Origin: Haliotis rufescens
Taxonomy: Eukaryota
Length of the DNA stretch: 64,000 nucleotides
Assembly: GCF_023055435.1 (NCBI RefSeq)
Contig: NW_025963868.1
Location: forward strand, 22,754,001-22,818,000
Reading direction: 5' to 3'
Part shown: piece after piece, positions 51,541 through 61,936 of the stretch
Layout of the letters: every line of letters starts with the position of its first letter
Position numbering within the stretch: the stretch's first letter is position 1
Notes under the pieces: generated by a model
Told to the model about the DNA's origin: nothing
Databases searched by the model: none
The model's input: the letters and a program-made list of their open reading frames with translations, nothing else
Made by a program: the position numbers and the translations under genes

Positions 51541-53091
51541 GATTGCAGCAGTGTTAGACAATCACTGGCTTGGGTGGCTGGTCGATGTCGATAAAGCTAG
51601 ATGCAGATGTTTTGCCATCGTGTTAATATTGATCTGAAATTAGAAAGATGATCACAGTTCATTTCAAATCCACTCCCTGCATTAGCGTTTCATTATCAAA
51701 AGATTTCACCCAGAAATTTATAAAAGAAGATTAAAGGATCAACATATATAAAGGATCATATATATATTATACTGAAATTGTTCACATACAAACTAAGGAT
51801 TATGCTATGTTAATCTAAAACTGTCACACAAATAAAATCAATACTAGACATAAAGAACTTTAATAATGGGACCTTAAGGTTAAGTTAGGAATTTATCATT
51901 ATGTAATTCTAATTGTCTGACAAATTTTTGTTTGTTTTTTCATGGATCCAACCGACTTGTATGTAATCAATTCTGGAGCAGACAAACCAGTGGTTGACAG
52001 CATGATGCTGTCTCTGTAACCCTGTGGGTATGATAGAGCAGAAATAACAATGTCAAATGGTTAACTGATGTCCCTGACTTTCGATCAAGGCTTGTTCTTG
52101 GTGAAACCAGTCATTATCAAAACTTGTCAATAGTGAATAGTAGTGATGGGTATTGCCCAGACTTTCGTATTGCTGTGTATTGCAATAATGATTCATATTG
52201 CGGTACTTATCACAATACATTGCAGGTGTTCTTGAATCTGTAATTTGTTATGAACCTAAATATAAATAACCCACATAACACATCAGACTCTCCCTGCACA
52301 CTTTTGACAACTTTTTACAGGAAATGTTTCGCTTTTTCTATTAGAGGAAACAGTTGCTAATTTATGACATTAAATTTTAACTTTGGCCACAAAAAGAAAA
52401 TATGCAAGATCTTCAAAAAGCAATATATGCTGGTATTATATTCAGGGGAAACGATACATCAGTGCATGAGTGAATTGTGAGTTTTCATGCTAATACGTGC
52501 ATGATTTTCAGTGATTATAGACACACTTACAACAGACAGGCAGGGATATGTCAGACTTTAACATTGTCGGCAATACTTTATTCACTCCTGTTACATTAAT
52601 TAATATAATTATCAAGCCTTAAAGTTAGTTCAGTACTATTGCAATAGATGACAACTATCACAAAACTATTGCAATAGTGTAAATAGCCCCAATATTCACC
52701 CCTCATGTTAATCTAGGGATAAAGTGTACCCTTTTCCACCATCAAATGACATCTATATTTATGGGTGTCATATCATAATACTAACATTACTAGTGCTTGT
52801 TTGGTTAGAATTTGCGACAACGTACATTCACTTTCATTTGTTTTCATAAAGCAACTGTTGACATCACTTCTGTTTCTATCTCCTGACCTCAGCTGAAAAT
52901 GTCTGAAAGCTATAACTACATTTCTCTGGAAACATGTCATGTATAACAATTTTATGTACACCAAACAATCTCTCACTGTTGGAAGAAGGACCATTAAGCT
53001 GGTTGAAATGAATAAGTATAATTCACATTAATTGTTCGTAAAAGCAGCCACTTATTAACAGGTGGGAGAGCGGACAATCATTGGCTCTTGA

Positions 53092-53303
53092 TTGTTTGTT
53101 TGTTGTTTAATGCCGCACTCAGCAATATTCCAGCTATATGACGGCGGTCTGTAAGTAATCGAGTCTGGGCTAGACAATCCAGTGATTGACAACATGAGCA
53201 TAGATCCACCCAATTGGGATCGATGACTTGCATCAACCAAGTCAGTGAGCTTGATGATCCGATCTCGTTAGTTGCCTCTTACGACAAGCATTGTCGCCTT
53301 TTA
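53092..53303 (-). mobile_element. Family C copy, 5' truncated
   Basis: Consensus match. Confidence 0.85.
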
Positions 53304-54439
53304 CATTGGCTTTTGATGATGTGTGTTTATGCCCATTGAACAGTTGAATATTGGGATTAATGATAACCACAAATTCCTTCAAAGTTTCTGTTAAGGGTTA
53401 AATTGGGGTATAAGCAATGTAGGCCTGTGTACATCGTTTGGTTCTGGGTTTTTTATCGTGGCAGCTGCTTTTAATATTTTATTGTGGTAAAGGTATGTGC
53501 TACGTCACATCCTCTCCATTTATCATTTTGAGAAAGCCATGCCTGTCATTGTCCATCAAAATGAGTAACGAATTGAATGACAAAAAATGTTAAAATGGAC
53601 TACTCTAATAGGATTACCCTCATTGGATTATTGGAAACACTGTGAAACGGTAACATTTATGGCTAACCCTAGCTCTAACCAGGCTAACCCTAAGGATCGA
53701 AAAGGGGCGTTGGACCAGAACTGCATGTCTGTTCCCTTAGATTGAAAAGGGGTGTTTGAATTGGAAAGGTGTGTCAGCTTCCCAAGATTGAAAGGGGATG
53801 TTGGATCACCAAGGCATGACAGATCCCTGAGACGAGTACGAGTGCATTTAAGTGTGAGCCACAGTAGCAGTATAGCAAGACAGCATGGTAGAGCTATAGT
53901 GTAGTAATAGAGCTGCTGGAAGCGGGTAAACTGCATTGTCGCCTATGTAGACACTGAATTATTGAAGTTGGGACATGGTATTGTTTCAATTATGTCTTGA
54001 GCATTAATTGTTTCAAGTTATAAACAAGCGCAAACCCTTTCATAACAACTTTGGAGAGGTTTGTATATTTTGTCAGTAGTCGCGTCATGAATCTGTAGTA
54101 TGAATGAAAATTCGTAAACCAAAAACTCGCTTGGCTGAGATGATCTAAGGGACCTATAAAAATACACACATAGTGAGTGTCAACACGAGATATCAGTTAA
54201 AAGTGCGTCAATTAAGGAGTTAGGTAAACTGCATCGGTCCAACTGCACTCTTGTCAATTTCACATCATCTGTCTAGAATAGGATCAAGGGAAATATGAAA
54301 TATGCGTCATAGCTCATATCATGATCACACTGTTTCAAACGCGACGCTAGAACAACTGATGTTTTAGTTGCAAATTGTGAAGCTCCCGTCAAAGATTTAC
54401 ATAAAACCATTATAACAATGTGACCCAATTGTCATTTGC

Positions 54440-54785
54440 GATGAAACGTACCAATCAAGGACAGCTGTATCAGCAAACTGTACGGGAAAGGACATTCTCT
54501 TTTCTGAGGTCCGTACAAGCAGCTGATTGTTGTTGTTGAATACTCTCACGCACATGTTCAGCGCATCGCTTACAACAACAAATATTCAAACATATGTCAA
54601 CATAGATTTCATGTGATAAATTCAAGGCTAATGAAATATATTATTGGTGAAAATATTTAATTGTGTATATAGTTATGAAGACAAAGGTCATATTTAAGAA
54701 GCATGATTTCTTTTTTTTCTTGATAATGCGATCTCCGTGATTTGTCACGTGACCACAGCCTCTTTCTGGGTAAACTCTCCACGAA
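54440..54785. promoter_or_regulatory. EI24/RPS25 divergent promoter with a perfect CLEAR palindrome and a TCT/TOP initiator
   Basis: GTCACGTGAC at 54744-54753; CCTCTTTC about 5 nt downstream; candidate EI24 non-coding exon donor TTG|GTACGT on the minus strand at 54451. Confidence 0.6.
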
Positions 54786-54788
54786 ATG
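54786..54788 (+). CDS. RPS25: RPS25 exon 1 (ATG only)
   Basis: TOP/TCT start CCTCTTTC at about 54759, short UTR, then gaaATG|gtgtgt. Confidence 0.8.
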
Positions 54789-56831
54789 GTGTGTGTGTTG
54801 TAGAGTCCGCATAAAATTCACATTTTCTACATAATATGCTGTAGTGTCATCATTTTAACTTTCCTCATATATATAATGCATGGTTTTCTAAACAAAAGAT
54901 GACAATGCGTGATATTCAACGATGCAAATTGATTCAGATGAGACTTAGAAAATTTAGGGCTGAGCACATGGTGACCATGCCGTTCAACATGGCCGCCAGA
55001 GTTTGTCTCGCTCAAGAGTAAAAGTCCAAAGACATCACTTTAATATTGTCCATTTGATACAATTTCTTTTCGTTGCTTTATTATTATTATTTAGTTACGA
55101 CTAGTTATATTGCGATATCGAGTAAATGTATGAGGAGAGTGGTCTTTAATCAATCCGATAATGTTTTTAGTCGAAATGGATTTAGCCATCACTTGCCTTG
55201 ACTATTTCCTAGGTAAGAATAAGGTTTACTGGACGCAACTGCCCGTCACCTCCCTAGTTATTAAGATGAACACTTATTGTTAAGCTTATAATCTTGTTAA
55301 TTTGAATGAAATATTTCTGATTCTGATGAAAGTACCAATTGTGTGCCTGGGTGAGTGGAAAATAGTATATAGCTATCTTGACTGGAAATATTAATTTAGT
55401 ATTTATCAATTAGGACTTATGTTGGAAAGCTACAAAGAAAGACACACAGAGTGCTGCATTTTTTAGAATTTCAATTAGTGCTATGCACAGGATCAAACTC
55501 TCTTAGCAGCTTGAAACAAAGTTGGACAAATATTTTTATCTGGTTAGCCAACACTTTACCATGAGACCAGAGGTGCAATCACAGTGCTTGTGATCAGCAC
55601 TTGATTACAGTTATACTAGAAAACTTTATTCTGCAGAAAGATATATATTCCATTTCTTGAATGCAGCTGTCTGAATCCAATAACAGAAAGAATATCAAGA
55701 CAAAAAGGAAACAATATGCCTCAACTGTATATCTGTATGATCACCGTAGATCTCTTAACAAGTGTCGATTTTCCTTGCTTTTGGGGTGATAATTCTCCAA
55801 CATAGGTAGCATTGTTTGAACGTCACTAACTTGACTAAGAAGTACATTTTCAATTTACTACAAACATTGACCCAATTTTCCCTTGATACTTCTTTACACC
55901 ATTGTTTTGAACTTCAATTATTAATTCTAATTAGTTAATAGTAATACATTCACACATGTTTAATCTACCTTAGTAGTTCATGGATTTCATCAAAACAATG
56001 TTTGTGATCACATTCAAAATATTCACTGTTCACACTCACTGGGATGTGTCATTTCAATTGGGTGCTTTCATCACAAAGGTTTCGCTCAAGAGTCATTTAC
56101 ATTAAACCTGTCCTTAATTGGCTAGTTTGTGAATACATGTGCTTCTGGAGTAATGCTTGTGTGAGGGGAGATGAGAAATTGCCTGTGCACATAATTCAGA
56201 GTAACAATTGATACTGATACCATTTGTTGCCCTCATCTGTTGGTGACAATGTAGGGTATTCAACTCACCTTCTTGTATGTCAGTACATATATATATTTTC
56301 TGATACTATAAAGAATGACCAATTACATTACAAATTAATTTTAATGTTGAACTGATATTTATGTAGAACATTGTATCCTGGAAGTCATTAAAAGATCAAC
56401 TTTGTCGGGTCACTGAACGAGATCAACATGTTATATTATGAGAAACAAATATACTCTAGATACATTTGTTGTTAGTAATGTAAAATAGAATTGTGTTCAT
56501 ATAGTTTTCTCATGAAACTGTTGTATATATGAGTAGAATTTTGTGGTTTCTCATAAAGAAATATGTAACATATAAACTATACCTGTCATAGCACACGCAC
56601 ACGACAGATTAACAAGTGATATGAAAGGAACATGTGTTCGTTGAGTTGTATATTTATGAAATGGTACATGCAGATTGCTAAGATAATTTTAACCTGAAAT
56701 GCAGACTCATCCGTAAAGCATATCTTCCGAGAGCATGATTCAAAGCATGATAAAATCGTAAAAATATCTTAATGCCATTTGTCACGATGAGGCTTTTGAA
56801 TCCTATTTTAAAAATGTTTGTATGTTCCCAG

Positions 56832-56921
56832 GGAGCAAAGAAACCCGATCCCAAGGCCTCGTCCAAGAAGGCACCGGCCAAGAAGAAGGAAGGTGGAGGA
56901 GGCGGCAAGGCTAAGAAGAAG
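56832..56921 (+). CDS. RPS25: RPS25 exon 2
   Basis: GAKKPDPKASSKKAPAKKKEGGGGGKAKKK. Confidence 0.93.
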
Positions 56922-57513
56922 GTAATGAGCGCAGATATATTTGTTTGCACAGAATAGATCTTGTTTGCAGAGCAGTGAACTATTGGGACTGTGTGTGAAA
57001 TATCTCCCAAGCAGTCTGATGATAGAACCGACTAAATGGGGTTTAGAAGGTGATGGTCTACAACTTGGAACATTGATTGGCGTGGCACATTATCCATAAT
57101 CCGTATTCTTGTTTATTTGGAAAACACTTGATTATTCGCTGCATTGTTGCTCCAAAGTTGTAAAACTATTTCAGCTAATTGATACAGTAGATCAGGGTTG
57201 GAAATTAAAATTTCACCAGTCTACTGTTTTGTGGGTGTGGGTGGGGAGAGAAAAACTAAAGTTTGTTGAAGTCACCAAGAGATTCGAAAAATATTGACAC
57301 AAATTACGGACATCTGCTCTCAACCGGCTTGGTTATAATAATGAAAGTGATGTGCCAAGCTGAAAACAATTTGGACCACAGGAATTTTTTATCTTACCAG
57401 ATGTTTTTCATTATGACATTTTGCTCAAAATTAAGGATTGGAAGTGGAGATCAAGTATTAGGAAAGTAAGTAGTGCAGATAACTAAATTTTGTTTTGCTT
57501 TTGTCATTTGCAG

Positions 57514-57697
57514 AAGTGGTCGAAAGGAAAGGTCAGGGACAAGTTGAACAACTTGATTCTTTTTGACAAGGGCACATATGACAAACTGTACAAAGAAGTA
57601 CCCAGTTACAAGCTGATCACCCCATCTGTCGTTTCTGAGAGGCTGAAGATCAGAGGCTCACTAGCCAAGGCTGCACTCAGGGAACTCCATGGAAAAG
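57514..57697 (+). CDS. RPS25: RPS25 exon 3
   Basis: [61 protein letters not shown]. Confidence 0.98.
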
Positions 57698-58231
57698 GTG
57701 TGCTGACCATTAAGTTGTATCTGCATTCATCCGGTGTTCAGTTGACTCTGCATAACTAGAACTTAAAACGTAGATAGCAGTATGGCACACTATTATTTGA
57801 TCCCGAACAGGATTGTGGTCAAGAATTGGCACACTGGAACCTACTGCTGTCTTAAGAGGCAATCAAATAGACAGTCTGTGACCTGGTTAATTTACACCCC
57901 ATTAAAGCCCATGGCTATCATATAATCAATCGCTGGTTTGTCTGATACAGACTCAACTATTTACAGGCCGTTTGATATAGCTGGAGTATTGAGTGTTTTA
58001 AAATCTTCAATTTCTGACGTATTGAAATGTCGCTCAACGGCAAAGCTTAAAAGCAAATGATTTTAAATTTGACCATCTCGGTTTCTATTGCTGCCCTTGT
58101 AGACTCAGATATTACTAGATATTTCTGTGACATTTCAGTCAAATGTATTCCAAGTTTTTTGAGACATCAGTCATGTCATGATGCTCATTGTTAGTCCCAG
58201 ATTCTCTATATTGATTGATTCTATATTGTCC

Positions 58232-58438
58232 ACCCCATGCCCATGATTGCTGTAAGAGGCGACTAACAAGATTGGGTGGTCAAGACTCGCTGACTTGTTT
58301 GATGCATCACATTGTATCCCAATTGCATGGACTGATGCCCATGACGTCAGTCACTGGATTGTGACTCGATTATTTACAAGCCGCTGTCATCTAGGTGGAA
58401 TATAATTGCTGAATGCAGAGTTAAACATCAAGCAAAGA
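58232..58438 (+). mobile_element. Family C copy, degenerate
   Basis: Consensus match. Confidence 0.75.
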
Positions 58439-58542
58439 AACCCATGCATTACTTCGATCTTTTTCCTATGTTGGGCTGTCATGCTGTGGTATTGGTTAAA
58501 TACTGCCCCAAACGCTGAAAAAACATCTCACTCCCCCACTGT

Positions 58543-59088
58543 GGGCCTGGTCGTTTTTAAGATGCCACTCGTTTGCCGAGATGTGTCACTTGGACATGCT
58601 AGAGGGCCCGGCCGTTTTTCAGATGCCACTCGTTTGCCGAGATGTGTCACTTGGACATGCTAGAGGGCCCGGTCGTTTTTCAGATGCCACTCGTTTGCCG
58701 AGATGTGTCACTTGGACATGCTAGAGGGCCCGGTCGTTTTTCAGATGCCACTCGTTTGCCGAGATGTGTCACTTGGACATGCTAGAGGGCCCGGTCGTTT
58801 TTCAGATGCCACTCGTTTGCCGAGATGTGTCACTTGGACATGCTAGAGGGCCCGGTCGTTTTTCAGATGCCACTCGTTTGCCGAGATGTGTCACTTGGAC
58901 ATGCTAGAGGGCCCGGTCGTTTTTCAGATGCCACTCGTTTGCCGAGATGTGTCACTTGGACATGCTAGAGGGCCCGGTCGTTTTTCAGATGCCACTCGTT
59001 TGCCGAGATGTGTCACTTGGACATGCTAGAGGGCCCGGTCGTTTTTAAGATGCCACTCGTTTGCCGAGATGTCACTTGGACATGCTAG
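58543..59088. repeat. Tandem array, 61 bp x 9, in RPS25 intron 3
   Basis: Unit GGGCCCGGTCGTTTTTCAGATGCCACTCGTTTGCCGAGATGTGTCACTTGGACATGCTAGA. Confidence 0.96.
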
Positions 59089-59801
59089 AAGCATAAGCAT
59101 GGGTTTGAATCGCAGTTCACCCTGAATGTGTCTTGGTTTTCCTACCCCTGAAGTGCCAGGTTAGAATAGGTCTTCAGCAACCGATGCTTACCGTAATAGG
59201 CGATCAAGATCAGATGGGCAGGCTCACTGACAATTAATGCTTTAAATAAACAAAACAGGATTAAACACATTCTTTGATTACCTCAATCTCATTAAAATCT
59301 GATACAATTTCTCGCTTATGCCAAGGACACCCCATTACATGTAGGACACGTCAGAACAACTATGACCACCCAATGAAATGGCTAACAGGAAGTCGACATT
59401 AGCCACTTAGAAAGCAGCTTTCTTGATCTTTGCTGTACCAGTTTCAAACTGGTGACTTCCATTCCAGACTACTTTTTAAAGTATTTTTAATCGGTCATAC
59501 AGTCCATAACAGTATTGTGTTAAGCTTTATAGGTTGCATGATTAGAAAACATTCCGCTGACAATGTAACAACAGTTTAAATATTTCAGTTTTTGTACTAC
59601 GTATTTGTATTGTTTTCTATCGTTGTCTATCGTGTAGTTGTCCGATTTTCGATCACAAATGTTATTACTAAATTTTGTTTGTGACATACTCCTCAATCCG
59701 ACATAATCATATGCAACCATGGTAACTGAAATATTGTTCAAAACTGTAAATCTGTTTACTATTGTGTACTAGCGTCTAAACAGCTGTGTTTTTCCTTTCA
59801 G

Positions 59802-59878
59802 GCCTGATTCGCTTGGTGTCGAAGCACAGTTCCCAGCTCATCTACACGCGTGCAACAAAAGGTGGAGACAATGAGTAA
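59802..59878 (+). CDS. RPS25: RPS25 exon 4
   Basis: GLIRLVSKHSSQLIYTRATKGGDNE-TAA. Confidence 0.96.
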
Positions 59879-59892
59879 ATGTTGGATCTGTA

Positions 59893-59898
59893 AATAAA
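59893..59898 (+). terminator. RPS25 polyadenylation signal
   Basis: AATAAA 15 nt after the stop, with a T-rich element downstream. Confidence 0.75.
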
Positions 59899-60208
59899 AA
59901 AAAAATCACAACTCATTCTTGTTTTCATTCTGTTAGATTTTTCTGATATAACTCGTAGCATCAACTATATATTTTGACATTTGATGAATCATACACGTTT
60001 ACTTATTGCCAGATATCAATCAGTCTTATCAGCAGAAATATACATTTGGCCTAAGAGGCAAAACAGCATTCAAGAACGGTTTAAGACCTATTTCAGTTTG
60101 TTTTTCAAGGCCATATGACACATATTGCATGCATGTATATCATACAGCTGTATTACATTACACATGCGTCATGGTATTGGATAACATTACGTCTTTTCTA
60201 GTTTAGGA

Positions 60209-60470
60209 GGGGGGGGGGGGCACGGGTGGTCCTGTCGTCTTAGGCGCCGCGATTCGCTGTGCAGAGTTGCGTCCCTTGGGCACGCCAGAAACCTATTTTT
60301 GTGGGTTCGAATCCCGGTTCGCCCTGATTATGTTTCTAGGTTTGGCAGCACCATACCCGTGTTCGTGGGTTTCACCGAAGTGGTAAACGTCTGAGACCTG
60401 CATCACTTCGGGCTTTCCTCCCACATTAAGCTGACACGCCATGATATAACTGGACTCACTCACTCAATCA
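60209..60470 (+). mobile_element. SINE family B copy
   Basis: Matches the 26342 copy. Confidence 0.9.
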
Positions 60471-61439
60471 CGTTCTCAAGTATTTTACGAAAAATAAGAC
60501 ATGGTTGTTTGTTAAAACTTTACAATGAGCATGTGCATCGGTATACAGAGGACATACAAAACTCAAGTGCTTTTCATCTAGACATTTGCAGAGAGTCTTC
60601 ATCATCTACATTGCATTTTTCTCTACGTACGTTTTGAACACCAAATGTATTATATCCACTTCTAAAGTTTAACCAGGCCTTTCTGTAATTAAGTACATCA
60701 ATATGTTGGACATACGGTTCAAACTGAAGTTGTGATCTCATGGTTAAATAAGTGAACGGTTCAAACTGAAGTTGTGATCTCATGGTTAAATAAGTGATCG
60801 TTTGTCTGTGACATGCGAATGCCAGTTTTCTTCAGCACGGTCAAGGATATGTTTCAGAACAAAGATAAATGCTTCATTTCCAACTCCCTGAGATTTCGAA
60901 CTAGACCGCACATTTTTTTAACATGAAATGCCCAAATTAAAGTACTTCCTATCACAGGTATCGTATACATCTTTCCGAGTGAGTTAACTGACTATATATA
61001 TTAGCTTTTTGGTGTATATATTCCCATTCCCCATCTTTGACGGTGTTCTTGCAAGAGCATCTTCCCTAGTGTTAACTGACTTTAAAAGTCCAGTTTCCAC
61101 AGTCCGTTAACTCACCTGCCTCGGTAAGATGCTGCAAGAGATACAATCATCCTGTTGCCTGGTATGTTCCGAATCATTAACATTGCTTATTTGTTTGTTT
61201 ATTGTTTAACACTGCACCCAGCTATATGACGGCGGTCACCTGGATATTTACGCAATCATGACAAATATACATTTGCATTGTGCATGTATATAATACTGCA
61301 AATATTTCGTAATTTTGACTGTCTGATGGCAATCTGACAGCATGAATGTGTATGTCTCTTAGATACAAATGTAGCATAAAGATCTGAACCGTTTCCATGT
61401 TATGATCCAGGATAAATCATATTAAAGGTATTATTCTCT

Positions 61440-61936
61440 TCATAACAAACAAATGTATACAATGTATCTGTGTATTATAGGGTGGGGATAATATCGGTTG
61501 TCATGGTATGGTAAAGATACCCAGGATTATTTCCAACCAAATATGGTTGATATTTATCTCTTAGTTCCAGAAAAGAAGTCATTTAAAGCAATATAACCAA
61601 ATTACCCCTATTTGGCCCCGCCTCTCCGCCCCACCATTTGTACAATTTTGAATCCCCACCACCAAGGGATGCGTCCAACCAAATATGGTTGATATCTATC
61701 TCTTAGTTCCAGAAAAGAACCCCAGCGTTAATACAATTTTGAATCCCCACCACCTAGGGATGCTTCCAACCAAATATGGTTGATATACATCTCTCAGTTC
61801 CAGAAAAGAATTCATTTAAAGCAGCCCCAGCATTAATACAATTTTGAATCCCCACCACCCAGGGATGTTTCCAGTCAAATTTCGTTAATTTCAAATTAGT
61901 GGTTCAGAAGAAGAAGTCGTTTGAATAAATTGTTGA
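61440..61936. mobile_element. Helitron-type non-autonomous relic with internal tandem repeats
   Basis: Repeated TCCAACCAAATATGGTTGATA...GTTCCAGAAAAGAA and TTTTGAATCCCCACCACC units. Confidence 0.55.

Larger units (their letters stand above)
54786..59878 (+). other. RPS25: Gene model: 40S ribosomal protein S25 (eS25); 4 coding exons, 117 aa
   Basis: [58 protein letters not shown]...IYTRAT. Confidence 0.97.

Noticed and set aside
55530-55612. H/ACA snoRNA candidate in RPS25 intron 1 (hairpin followed by ACA)
   Set aside because: No proper ANANNA H box, and the hairpin is too short for a pseudouridylation pocket
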